Assembly: GCA_964036045.1 (NCBI GenBank)
Contig: OZ038378.1
Coordinates: 79,422,001 to 79,486,000, forward strand
Source: Eutreptiella sp. 'Long Island Sound 2002'
Taxonomy: Eukaryota; Protista; Euglenida
Direction: 5' to 3'
DNA length: 64,000 nt
Part shown: in pieces, positions 13,401-25,527 of the stretch
How the letters are laid out: each line of letters begins with the position of its first letter
Position numbering within the stretch: the first letter of the stretch is position 1
The notes under the pieces: model-generated
Told to the model about the DNA's origin: nothing
Seen by the model: the letters and a program-made list of their open reading frames with translations, nothing else
Databases searched by the model: none
Made by a program: the position numbers and the translations under genes

Positions 13401-14329
13401 GTGTGGCTGTGCTCGGCACCATGCAACATGGGGGGCTCAGGAGGGTTGGGGGGGGAGGGGGGCGTCGAGAGACCCCAACATAAATGGCTCAAAATGATCA
13501 CAATGTCGCGCGGGTCATTGTGAGCCATCTGTTTGGAGTTTGAATTTTTTCACCCCCCAAAAAAAAGCTCTGCGGCCGCTCTGCGGCCGGTGGGGGCTGG
13601 GGGTCCAAGGGGGGGATAGGGGCGGGGGGCATTGGTACCCCCCGCCCACCCTCCCCCAGGTTTTTGTTTCCGACCCCTAACTCCAGGTTCAAACACCAGC
13701 TCCATCAACCATGGGGCAGATTGACCCCCCACAGCACCTGCACACCAGGAACCACCACAACCAATTTACAGAACGTGGCTATCAAATCAAGATTGCAGGG
13801 GTCATTTGCCATTTGTCCATTTTTAGGCCCCATTTCACTCATTCGTGCCCCACGCTCTTACTCGTGGGGCAGCCGTCCCCAAAAGATGTCTCAGATGCCT
13901 CCAAAGAGCGACCACGGCTGTCTGTGCACCTCGGAAAGAATGGGCGTAAGGAATACAGCAAAACAGTGACGGCTTGGGCTCGTCATGGGGTGCGTTGAGG
14001 TGCAATTCCGGATCCCAAGTGCCACGTCGTGAGATGTGGGGCGTGGAGCGGGGAGGTGCTCGGACCAGGGCCGGGCATCCAATGTGGGATCGAGGGGAGC
14101 TCATGGGGGACCCTGCGATGTGTCGCTCAAAAGGATTTTGAGGTACCCCCCCCCCTTTGTAATAGCTACACCAAAGTACGGAATTCATGCGGTCCCTACG
14201 CCTAATGTAGCTTAGACAAGGGCGTGGCTTGCGCACAACACATACAACTACCAACACACACGTGAGTGAGTGCATGGTATGAGTGCACCTTAACCTCTGC
14301 CCACGTTCCCAAAGGCATTGAAACACAAG

Positions 14330-14600
14330 GAAGATGCCTTTGAAGATGCCTTTGCCCGAGGTTTAGGGGCTGGTTTTGGCTCGGGCAACTTCAAATTCTT
14401 GGAAATGAAATTGCCTTGCATGTGGTCTCTTATAAAATACAACTACCCATCAAAGACATGGGCCATTCCCCATACACCTCGGGCAGCATTAGCCCAAATA
14501 ACTTCATTGGGATTATCATCGGAGTCACTAGAATCATCACTTGAGGCAGAGAGGTCCGAAATGGGTTTATCCTCATGGTGGCTGTCCCCGAATCAGAATC
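14330..14600 (-). pseudogene. Decayed coding fragment of unknown family with an in-frame TAG at 14443-14445
   Basis: Minus frame reads DDSSDSDDNPNEVIWANAARGVWGMAHVFDG*LYFIRDHMQGNFISKNLKLPEPKPAPKPRAK, which is protein-like but has no recognised domain. Confidence 0.3.
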
Positions 14601-15438
14601 AGTCACCAAACCCATGCGTTATGCGGCTGCACTACATTTGTACGAATTAAAATTAGGTACCAAATTAATACGGTCCCTGCGCCTACTGTAGCTTGGACAA
14701 GGGCGTAGCTATTACAGGGGGGGGGGGGGTTACATTGTGGAATGGGGGGGAAAATGTCTCCAGCGCCCTGTTTTTGGCCGTGTAGGGGGCGAAAATGATT
14801 AGGCTGCGCCAGTTAGTTCTCACAGTTCCGTACTGGCACAGGTCGGGGTATGCGGAGGGGGTCGGGTGGAGTAGGGGCTGAGTTGGGATCCTGGTCTACA
14901 CCTCGCTGCTCCCCTGTGGGACTCATCAACGAGTTCCTTGTGTGGCAGCTTGGCCTGTGGACATTGTCCAGCATATTGCGAAATGCGTGGGGGGGGTAGA
15001 CTGATGGGAGCTGCATGAAATGCACGTGATATACTGGGCCATGCGGTGGCTGTGTGCTATGGGGTGGGGGAATAGGGGTTGCTGTAGGCTGTGCGTGGGC
15101 AGGGCAGTGCACGGCACTGTGCGTACAGGTCCTGGGACTTGTCGTATGCCATGGTGGGTGTAACGTGGGGGCATTGGAGTCATCCTGGGTGGCAGAAGGG
15201 GCCTAAGTATCGGGGAAGGGGTGCTCTGCTCAGGTCTGCATGTGTGTACGGGGAGGGGGGGTGTTGCATGTGTGCTGGTCTCATGGTTCCTGCAATTGCT
15301 TTTGGTGAAGAAACGGATTAAAAAAAAAAGAATATCGGAAGGCCCTTCACCACTGATAGGGGTTGTCCCACTTCAAACTCGAGCTCCACAGAGAGCCAGG
15401 GGACCCCTCAGCTTAATTAGTCTGCAGTTGCAGTCGCT

Positions 15439-15440
<2 letters not shown>

Positions 15441-15473
<33 letters not shown>
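15441..15473. repeat. (TC)n microsatellite
   Basis: About 16 TC units, seen directly. Confidence 0.95.
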
Positions 15474-15477
<4 letters not shown>

Positions 15478-15653
15478 CCAGAGTGCAAACAAAAACAAAG
15501 CAGAGGGTCGGGTGGCATGATGCGCAGGGACAATGCCAGAAGGAAACCCCTTCTGTACAGTGAGATATGTGCTGCTTTGTACATGTGGCGTTCCTCAAGG
15601 GAAACATGGCACATGAAAGAGCGTAAGACATTGGACAGGCTGCTGCTGGGCCA

Positions 15654-18600
15654 TCAAACATCCAACCACTGAGCACTGCGTGAAGTCCGCGCCTTTTTCC
15701 TTCGGGGTACGAGGCTCCGCAGTCCCGGCACAGGCACAGGCACAGGCACAAGCACAGGCACAGGCACAGGCACGGGTGCGCCTCGGCAACCCCCGTTTTC
15801 TCTCGTTTTTCACGTGTTGCCTCGGCCTTTGATGTACCGGCGATGCGCCACTTCAGGGCACATCTTGGGACTGGGGTGACCACCTTCAGCAGCTGCTCGG
15901 GCTCTGCGCCGGGGAGCACCCCCGGCCGCTTCACGAAAAGCATCTTGAGAGCTCCTCCGAAAACGTACGCGACCGCCCTAGAGGCAACGGCCAATAAATA
16001 GGGCAGGTCCTGCAGTGCCACGTCCTCGGACCGCAACGCACGCACCCCCGGCCGCAGCGGCTCCGGAGGGGCAGGGGCTGCCGCGGAGGTGCGGAGCAGA
16101 AGGCCCAGCGTCCACAACGCAGCCACGTCCAGGCGGCCTGGCGGCATCGCGTTGTAGACGGCCGCCAGCGCCTCCAAAGCGTCACTGAGCCCGTGCGGGT
16201 CTGGCGACACGTGCGCCATCACGCCTTCAGAGAGCAGTGCGACAATTGTGTCGGGGTACATGTACTTCACGGCGTCCACCGCCGCGAGGATGGTCTCCGA
16301 CGGCTCTTCGCCGCGGTCCACCGCCACACACACGCGGCGAACATCCCGCAAAACGGATCGTCCTCCTCATGCCCGAGGCAGTCCCGCATCCGCTCCGCGC
16401 CGAGGGCGTGGCCCAGGGTCTGCGCGTACCTTTCCGCCCGGCGGAGACTGCCCCCGGGGCTGAGAGCAGCCTCGAACTCACGCAGTAGAAGATGGCGCGA
16501 GGGTTCCAGGACGGCATCGAGGACCGACGCCAACTGTTTGCCCGTCAGCTGCGCACGCGGCGGCCACTCAAGGGAGGCGCCGAACCACTGCAAATCGCCG
16601 GTCTTGAGGTAGACGGCCGAGTGCTATGGGGGAGGCGCGGGCCGGGTGCTCCCGCCGATCCCGGGGGCCGAGTGCCCGACCGGTGCGCGCGCTCGAAGCC
16701 GTCCCTCGCCGCGAGCAGACCCTTGCGGTCTCCGTCGCGCTCTGCCCTGTCCGCCAGCGCCACCGCCATCCCCCAGAGATCGGCTGCGGCCTCGAACCAG
16801 ACGGCCGCACGCGCGTAGTCCCCGATCTCCGCGAAGTGAGCGGCGAGGGCGCTCTTACGCCGCACGTCCACGCCGTCGTCGGAGGGGGTGAGGCCGCACA
16901 GGTACGCCTCCGCGCCCTCGGCACACTGCCCAAGTCCGAAGAGCACGACGCCCTGCCGCAGGGGATATCCAAGCGCCCCGTACAGCGCCGCGGCGTGCGA
17001 GGCAAGGGCCTCTGCGGCCGTCGTGCGTGGCGGCGGCACCGCTCCCGGTCGCGCGGGCGCCCGCTGCATCCTCTTGGTAAGCGCGGAGGAACGATTCTGC
17101 AGATCGCAGAAGCGGAAATCGACCACGTGTCGCCCGTCAGGAAGAAGCCATCCCTCCAGTTCTGGCACACGCGAAAGAAGAGCCGCATCTCTGCCTGCGT
17201 CAAATCCTGCACTTTGTCCACATAGAGGTAGTGGACGGAGGGCACCTGAAAGGCAGGGGCGCGCGCAACCCGCTGGGGGGAGGCTGAAGGGTACCAAACG
17301 GGGGACGGGTGTCGGACTGCAATGTGGGACCTGAACCCCAGCCCAGCCCAGACGTTTCTGGGCTGGACAAAGGTGCAGTGGTACAGGGGACTGATAAGCA
17401 TATGGACGGCACTCTGCTTGACACAGCGGTTCCCCGCCAACTTTCGCATCTTGCAGGCATGTTTCCGGTTGCCCAAGAGGGAGGGTTCGGGTTTGGTTGG
17501 TTCTCGGCCCCTCTCACTGGGCTCCTGAAGCTCACGGCCTGGGGCTGTTCCTAACCGTTTGTGGCTGAGCCTGACGAGCGAGGTGGGGTGTGGCACCTCA
17601 TAATTGCACTGTGTGTGCGCGTGCAGTGCAGGTAAGGCGCTGTGCAAGAGGGGGGCATGCTGGAGGTAGGGGTGAGAGAGTGCGGGAGAATGGATTCTGG
17701 GAACCAGCCCCTAACTGCCAATCAGGTGGTTGGCTGGAGCTCTGAGGACTTAGCCAGAGGTGTTGGTGATTGTAACCCCACGGCCATCTTCTCCAAGCTA
17801 TGCCCAGGTCCCACATTAATATGGTCCCTGCACCCCCTGCAGCTTAGACAAGGCGTAGCTTGTGCACGGCGGGCAAGGATACCAACAGTACAACTGCACT
17901 TGTGAGCCACAGCATGGCGTCTCACCTCTCAACTGCTACCCATGAGGAGGATTGAAAAGGGTGCCCGATTGATCAGCCAGGCAAAAAACCCCTGGGAGGA
18001 TATGGGAGGATGCCTCTTTGAGGTGGCCTGCCAAAACGTCACCTTCCGGCCACTTCAGTGGAGGGGTTATCTACTACGGTGGCCATTACTTACTGAGACC
18101 CTGAGATTTCTTCATCGTCATTCACTCCGCAGCCTTAGGCTGTGCTCTTGTGTCATCTTGGCCCAGGTGGTGACACTCTGGCTGGTATCTGCATTGGGTT
18201 CCTCCCAACGGGACACGTCGGCACTGCCAGACACTGACTCCTGTACCGTCTCGGCGGTGTGTCAGGGTCGATATTTTGGTTGGTGCAGTGGTATTTCTAG
18301 TCTTCAGACACCAGTGTCCCCCCCCCGCCCTTCCAAGCAAAATACGGCTGGGGGTTGACACTCCACAATATTGTTTCCGTGCTGGTACGCGTGCAATGTT
18401 GTGCATTCACTGTTGCCCTTACCAGTCTTATTACTATCGTGATTACCCTGACCAGTACTAAAAAATATTACTAAGAATCTGCTCTGGGCAATCAACTGGA
18501 AACAAAATACAAAAAAAGCTGCACAAAAATGCATTGTGTCGGAGAAGGCAGCCCAAACTTCGCTCGCAAAAGATTTCAGTGCGCACTGCGAGCCTTCTGG

Positions 18601-19335
18601 GCTGTACAAATGGACCCAAATCGCTCAACATGTCCAAATCACTTCAAAATTTATTTTCTGCCAAACCAGTGGGAAGCACCCCCGCGAGTAGGAACTAGAT
18701 GAACTTGCGAATTTATTTCAATTTTGGTGCAAATTTTGCAATTTGCGACCCATCGCTCAATGCAGTTGTGGGGTGGTATTTCACTGTTGCAGCACCTGCA
18801 TGCAGCGCACACACTCTCCTTTTAGCTGCATCCGGGGCCCCAGACGAGGCTTTGCAGAAACGGGTGTTCGGCGACCCCGGACACGGGAACAGAGGGACAG
18901 GTCGTCATACCCCACTGCGGGGCCACTGTGTTGCTGAGTAACATGACAGCACCCGAACCATCAATTGACAAGCGAACACAGAGGGTTCAGGTCACTGTGC
19001 TGGTGGCAACCGCATACCTGCGACGGGAGCACGTGAAAAATGTGATGCACCACGTCCAAGACATCGAAGCCGTTAATCGCGGTCTTGAGGGCCTCGTACG
19101 CGGGGAACAATTCGTAGACTTCGGGATGGTACTCATGCAGCACCAGCGATGACTTGCAGCCTAGGGCCATGTACTCGGCCTTGGAGATGCACGGAGGGGA
19201 GGACAGTGGTGCGTCAAGAGCGGCCCACGACTCTTTGATAAATGTCGTGAACTCCTTGAAAATCAGGGCAGGTGTGGCTTTGTGCCGGAACCACGCGGCT
19301 GCGGCCGCCTGCGGCCTGCTAAGGGAGCCGAGCAC
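15654..19335 (-). pseudogene. TRANK1/LBA1-like SF1 (UvrD-type) helicase-TPR gene fragment; exons 19335-19018 and 17245 downward; disabled
   Basis: Exon 19335-19018 is bounded by TTTGTTAG| and CAG|GTATGC and encodes FTTFIKESWAAL..ISKAEYMALG..VYELFPAYEALK..FDVLDVVHHIF. It splices in phase 0 to CTTTCAG|VPSVHYLYVDKVQDLTQAEMRLFF..FFLTGDT, then VDFRFCDL and TPR-like helices. Lesions: Walker B E>K (17213-17215), deletion/frameshift near 17127, TAG at 16624-16626, further frameshifts. Confidence 0.75.
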
Positions 19336-19891
19336 CTAACAAATGGTGATGGGGCAGGGGCGGTGGCAATCCTTACCCCCGACCTGACCTGCCTATGGCG
19401 AAAGGGTCGATTCCTGCGGTGAGTCTGCCCCGCCCCCGCCTCCCCTGTGCACACTTTGGTGATTGGCTTTCTGCATTACAGAGCCGCTTTGAAGTTCATT
19501 TGAAGGCCATGTCCAGCAGCCCTTTCATGGCGTGCGGTGAGGGGGGTTGGGAGGGGGCTATTGGGCTGGGCGGGCTTGCAATTGGGGGGCGCAATCATCA
19601 TTCACACTGCATCAGTTTTGTAGTCCTTCAGTATTTGCTATGTACATTCGAGATGTTATAAACAAGCCATCTGTCATCTTCTGGGCATCCATATCTACGA
19701 TGAAGTTACAAAAGTGCAACTGCAAAGATGGTTTGGTCGGCAATATATATTGCCTGCACACTACTTACTGTCTGCCCTGCAGTCCACAGCCACCGTCATC
19801 AAGCACTCCTTTGGCTCTCTGTGGCTCTGGGCGTCCTAGTGTGTTCTGGATGTGTTGTAATCATAGAGATAGTATATGTGCTGTTACCAGA

Positions 19892-20105
19892 ACTTCATCA
19901 CTGAACCCTGGCCTCAAGGCTAAGTGGTCACTTACTTCAGTTGACGTAGGCCAGCAAGCCTAGGTGCAGAAACCTCAGCACTTAACTTCGAGTTCCGGGT
20001 TATATAACCCGAACTCGGTCCGAGTTCCGGGTTATAACACTCGGTTTCTAAGTCCAGGTTATGGAGACCCGGGAACTCAGACCCAAGAGTCCGGGTTATG
20101 TATCC
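19892..20105. repeat. Left arm of an inverted-repeat structure (39-bp unit module plus palindromic GAGTTCCGGGTTATATAACCCGAACTC block)
   Basis: 20050-20105 is inverted relative to 21500-21550, and 19892-19985 is inverted relative to 22240-22345. Confidence 0.75.
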
Positions 20106-20372
20106 ACGGAGAGCTTGCTATTGGTTCCGATTCTTGCCCCTTTGCCCGTCCCTTGTTGTCTCCACCTTGACACCCTCTGGTTGGGTTGGGCCTTTGGATC
20201 GCGCCCATGTGCAATCCCAACGCAACAATAGCAAATCATGTGCCACTGGTAGTAAGATACGTTCCATGCTTTGGTGCCACTCTCTTTTACCCTAACCATT
20301 TCATGATAGCATTTCTTGATTGGTGATTTCTCCCCGAAGAAATGCTATCTCATCCAGTAGTATACTGACAAA

Positions 20373-21140
20373 ATGTCGAAGAAACATGTAGGTGTTGTAC
20401 CCCAAACACTTGCAGTGTATCATCAAAAGGGTAAAACGGTGGAAACACAAGCAGCCATGTTGCAAAGTAGGTACAATGTGGAGAATCCTAAAGACGAGAG
20501 CGAAATCAAAGCCGAGCCTTGCCCCAAACCACCAGTGAAAGCAGAACCTTGTCAACCACTGGCAAAGCAAGCTTCACCAATGAAAGTGGAAGCTAATTCA
20601 CCACCAAATTTTGCACCTCAAGAAGCAAGTGTACTTACCATCTTTGATGAAGATTTACTAAGCTCACACTCGGCTGATGTGTTGAATATTTCAGTGGATT
20701 CATCTTTGCATGATGAGGCGGATGATTATGCAGAATTTCCTCCCACCCAATTGTGTCAACGGGGGGATGTGCTTACTTCACTTGCAGAAGGCCACGATGC
20801 ATACCGTGAAGCGGGTTTTGCGGCCCCACCTAGCGAGGAGGGTGCGGCCAACAATCAAGTCTTCACATACATGCCCTTCACAAGTGCCAAGAACCAAAGG
20901 TAGCCCCATGTAAGCCAAAGGCTGAACCTGGTGTATGCTGATGTGATGAGGCATTTCCCCGAAAACGTGACACTATTGCTCTTAAATCAGTGTCATGGGA
21001 TGCCCGCAGAGCACCACCTTCGGTGTGCCAAGTTGGCCCGAGTTCCTCGGCATGGTTCATGGATTTGTGAAAGCTGCGCCATGACGCTGCAAATGTTCCT
21101 TTTTGTGCATGATGTTAATCCAGGGGAATCACAATGGTAG
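20373..21140 (+). pseudogene. Core between the inverted arms: 176-aa low-complexity ORF followed by a frameshifted PHD finger
   Basis: ORF 20373-20903; ORF 20931-21140 contains QCHGMPAEHHLRCAKLARVPRHGSWICESC (H-x2-C..P-x-G-x-W-x-C-x2-C). Confidence 0.55.
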
Positions 21141-22009
21141 CCATTCCGCCTCCAGTGATGCGGGGTACCATAGTCAACAAAATGACGTTTTGCAGCTCAT
21201 TTGAATTGTTGACCCCTTTTGATGCCACCCTATTATGAATGTGGGTGTTGCCATCCAGGGTGGGTGATAGTGTTTCTTCATTGAGAAATTGTGAGACTCA
21301 GATAGCGGATCTAAAGAAACGCTGGGGTAGGGGCCCCAGCATTTCTTCCCCAAAAATTGCTATCATGTAGCGTTTCTTGTATAGTATAGTTCCAATTATA
21401 CATTGCTTTTCCATTAGTATCCTGTACCCCTATAACCCGTAACTCAGACCCGAGTCCAGGTTATATAACCCGCAACTTGGGACACCCGAGTTCCGGGTTA
21501 TATAACCCGGACTCGGGTCTAAGTTCCCGGGTCTAAAACCCGGACTTAACCCTAGCCACAAGGCTAAGTGATGAAGTTCATCACTTCACCCCAGCCCCAA
21601 GGCTAAGTGATGCATTTCATCACTCAGCTCCGGCCAAGGCTGAGTGATGAATTTCCTCACTTAGCCCCGGCCCCAAGTCATCAGTGAACCCCAGCCCAAA
21701 GGCGAGGTGATGAAATTCATCACTTAACCTCGCCCCAAGGCTAAGTGATGAATAGCATCACTTAGCCCTGGCCACAAGGCGAAGTGATGAATTGCATCAC
21801 GTAACCCCGGCCACAAGGCTCATCCCGAACGGTGACCTGCCTTGAAAAATGGGGGAAATCAGACCGCCAAGGTGTGTTTATTTTGTAGGGACTTGTGTAC
21901 AGCCTCTGAGGTAGCATATGCAGCTTGGGGTGCACAATGTTTCATAATCGTTAGCAATTAACGAATATAATCGTGAAATAGCCATGGGATAGTTGGGCTA
22001 AACCAATCA

Positions 22010-22200
22010 CGGTTGGACAAAATTGGACAAAAGTGATCACGTACGGACGAAACCGATCACATTTGGACAAGATGGACCACAATTAGAGAAGACCAATAGG
22101 ACAAAACCGATCATGTTCGAACAAAACCAAACAGTTGGACAGAAGTGATCACAATTGCACACAACCGATCACAGTTGGACAAAAACGAACACAACCTCAC
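22010..22200. repeat. Short degenerate tandem repeat (GGACAAAA-CCGATCAC motifs) in a ~380-bp insert within the 39-bp array
   Basis: Repeated TTGGACAAAA and ACCGATCAC motifs; the insert spans about 21822-22200. Confidence 0.7.
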
Positions 22201-23001
22201 GACCGGGGTTAACTGATGAAATTAATCACTTAGCCCTGGGGCTGGGGCTCAGTGCTGAGACTCAGCACTTAGGCTTGCTGGCCTACATTAACTAAGATAA
22301 GTGACCACTTAGGGTTGGGGCCGGGGTTCAGTGATGAAATGCATCACTTAGCCTTGGGGCTAGGGTCACGTGTTGCCATTCGTCACTTAGCCTTGTGGCC
22401 TACGTCAACTGAGGTGAGTGACCACTCAGCCTTGTAGCCTGGCCCCAAGGCTAAGTGATGAAATGCATCACTTAACCCCGGCCCGAAGGCTAAGTGATGC
22501 ATTTCATCACTTAACCCTGGCCCAAAGGCTAAGTGATGAATTTCATCACTTAACCCCTGCCCCAAGGCTGAGTGATGAATTGCATCACTTAACCCTGGCC
22601 CCAAGGTTAAGTGATGAACTGCATCACTAAACCCCATCCCCAAGGCTAAGTGATGAAATGCATCACTTAACCCCGGCCCGAAGGCTAAGTGATGCATTTC
22701 ATCACTTAACCCCGGCCCCAAGGCTAAGTGATGAATTGCATCACCGAACCCCATCCCCAAGGCTAAGTGATGCATTTTATCACTTAAGCCTGGCCCCAAG
22801 GCTAAGTGATGAATTTCATCACTTAACCCAGGACAAAAGGCTAAGTGATGCATTTCATCACTTAACCCCGGCCCCATGGTTAAATGATGAAATTCATCAC
22901 TTAACCCAGGCCCCAAGGCTAAGTGATGAATTTCATCACTTAACCCCGGCCTAAAGGGCTGAGTGATGAATTTTATCACTTAAGCCTGGCCCCAAGGCTA
23001 A

Positions 23002-23246
23002 GGAGCTTACCCATGTCACGGCACGTGCCGCGGCACACTTTCCGATGGTCCCCCCCCCTCCCCCCCCCCCTCCGTGTCATGGTGGCACGGCCGGCACAGG
23101 TGACACAGGTGACACAAGTGCCGATCACCCTCACACAACACGACACAGCGGCGGCCCCGTGTGACACGACACACCCTATGTGGCGGCACCGTGACACGGC
23201 ACGGCCGGAGCCCCCCCCCCCCCCCCGCCGTGGCCGGGTAAGCTCC
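23002..23246. mobile_element. 245-bp Tourist-like (PIF/Harbinger) MITE
   Basis: Perfect 11-bp TIR GGAGCTTACCC/GGGTAAGCTCC; TAA duplicated on both sides (22999-23001, 23247-23249), splitting a GGCTAAGTGAT array unit. Confidence 0.85.
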
Positions 23247-25158
23247 TAAGTGATAAAATTCATCACTTAACCCAGGACAAAAGGCTAAGTGATGAATTTC
23301 ATCACTTAACCCCGGCCCCATGGTTAAGTGATGAAATGCATCACTTAACCCCGGCACCAAGGCTAAGTGATGAATTGCATCACTTAACCCCCGCCTCAAG
23401 GGCTAAGTGATGAATTTTATCACTTAAGCCTGGCCCCAAGGCTAAGTGATGAATGTCATCACTTAACCCCGGCCCCAGAGCTAAGTGATGAATTTCATCA
23501 CTTGACCAGGACCCAAGGCTAAGTGATGAATTTCATCACTTAACCCAGGACCCAAGGCTAAGTGATGAATGTCATCACTTAACCCAGGACCCAAGGCTAA
23601 GTGATGAAATGCATCACTTAACGCCGGCCCCAAGGCTAAGTGATGCGCTTCATCACTTAAGCCTTGCCCCAAGGCTAAGTGATGAATTTCATGCATCACT
23701 TCACCCCGGCCGCAAGGTTAAGTGATGAATTGCATCACTTAAGCCGGGACCCAAGGCTAAGTGATGAATTTCATCACTTAACCCAGGACCCAAGGCTAAG
23801 TGATGAATTTCATCACTTAACGCCGGCCCCAAGGATAAGTGATGCATTTCATCACGTAACCCCGGCCCCAAGGCTAAGTGATGAATTGCATCACTTAACC
23901 CCGGCCCCAAGGCTAAGTGATGAATTGCATCACTTAACCCCGGCCCCAAGGCTAAGTGATGAATTGCATCACTTAAGCCTGGCCCCAAGGCTACGTGATG
24001 AATTTCATCACTTAACCCCGGCCCCAAGGTTAAGTGATGAATTGCATCACTTAACCCCGGCCCCAAGAAGTAGGTACCAAGCACTCCTGCACCGACGTGT
24101 CCAAATGAATGTTCAAGTGAGAAATTCCGGATCTGCCTGGCCCGGAGTGTGCCCGGTAAATTGATGAATTTCATCACTTAACCCCTGCCCCAAGGCTAAG
24201 TGCTGAGTTTCATCACTTCACCCCGGCCGCAAGGTTAAGTGATGAATTTCATCACTTAAGCCCGGCCCCAAGGCTAAGTGACGAATTTCATCACTTAAGC
24301 TCGGCCCCAAGGCTAAGTGATGAATTGCATCACTTAACCCCGGCCCCAAGGCTAAGTGATGAATTGCATCACTTAACCCCGGCCCCAAGAAGTAGGTACC
24401 AAGCGCTCCTGCCCGACGTGTCCAAACGAATGTTCCAGTGAGAAAGTCCGGATCTGCCTGTCCCGGAGTCTGCCTGCGGCGCGGCGGTAGCGGGGGAGCT
24501 AGGTGGGTTTCTGGCTGCAGCGCGCGGCGCCCACGGCTTATAAGGATTTGCCTGCAAGCCAGTAAACGATTTGTCGCAGAATGTGATCCCCAGCAGCCTC
24601 CAATTAGGGTTAAATGGCCCCCGGGAACCCAGCACTAGCTGGGAGGCTGCTGGGGATCGCATTCTGCAAGAAAACCATTAGATTTGTAAACCCTAACCCT
24701 GTGCCCAGTGAGGGTGAATGCTGGTTCCAATTTCATGCAATGAGCTGTTCAACCCAGCACGCCAAAACAACATGGAGGCCCGGGTAGTGGGTGCTAGGGG
24801 AGGAAGGAGGTAGCACGAAAGAGAATGACAGAGAGCTGGCCCAGGGGTAAAATGACAGACCCCGGTCCCATCACAGCAGCACGTTCTATGCACAGACCCT
24901 GAATCGCAAACCCCAAAACGCCGGAACACCTAGTCAATCCACTCAGCACAACCCAGTGAAACAACAAAAATCAACAAAAAACACAAGCAAAAAGCATCCC
25001 AAAAACAAATACATCAAATCAGGTTTCAAAGTGAGGGCATCCTCCCGTGTTTTGGGAAGGATTTCACCCCCGGCCGCGGGCGGAATGAAATGAAATATCC
25101 AGGAAAACAACCCCCCCCCCCCCAAGCCCCCCATTGAATTGTCCACCTTCAACATTCC

Positions 25159-25527
25159 TCACAGCCCTCTCACAAGCAGGACATCCAAAGATGATTGCAA
25201 ATCACCTCCTATCACCCAAAAATTCTTAATCCCTGCCCAATGATCCACACACAAAGACTCACGCCTAAAGATCTCCGCAGGATTTCTCAGCTCAAAGCAA
25301 CCACAAAACCCTGACCCTGCCCACCCATGTGCAAACCTGCTGCTTGAGGCTGCCACTGGGATTGCTGTTCTGAGCTGTGGAATATGGCACCTCTGTCTGT
25401 CCTGCGGATCAATGAGCAGAGGTGTTGTGCCTTTGCAGCCATGAACTCTCGAGCTTGAGCCCAAACACATACACCACCAGGCACTGACTTCCAAGATGAA
25501 ACCAGTGGAAGCGTCAACATGAGCCAA
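25159..25527 (-). mobile_element. LINE APE-endonuclease remnant
   Basis: HGCKGTTPLLI and NFWVIGGDLQSSLD resemble APE xGVAILI and WILGGDFN motifs. Confidence 0.45.

Larger units (their letters stand above)
21545..24388. repeat. 39-bp palindromic minisatellite (CCCCGGCCCCAAGGC-TAAGTGATG-N5-CATCACTTA) with local inversions and insertions
   Basis: Period of 39 measured at 23881/23920; 9-bp arms conserved, 5-nt loop variable; inverted tract at about 22200-22460. Confidence 0.95.

Noticed and set aside
15728-15775. Articulin VPVPV repeat
   Set aside because: It is a (CAGGCA)n hexamer at the frameshifted end of the TRANK1-like pseudogene; the frame is uncertain and it is too short.
22383-24177. 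LSDEFHHL repeat ORFs as metal-binding proteins
   Set aside because: By-product of the 39-bp palindromic unit; open on both strands.
21545-24388. CRISPR array
   Set aside because: The intervening sequence is a conserved 15-16-bp linker, not unique spacers; no cas genes; eukaryotic context.
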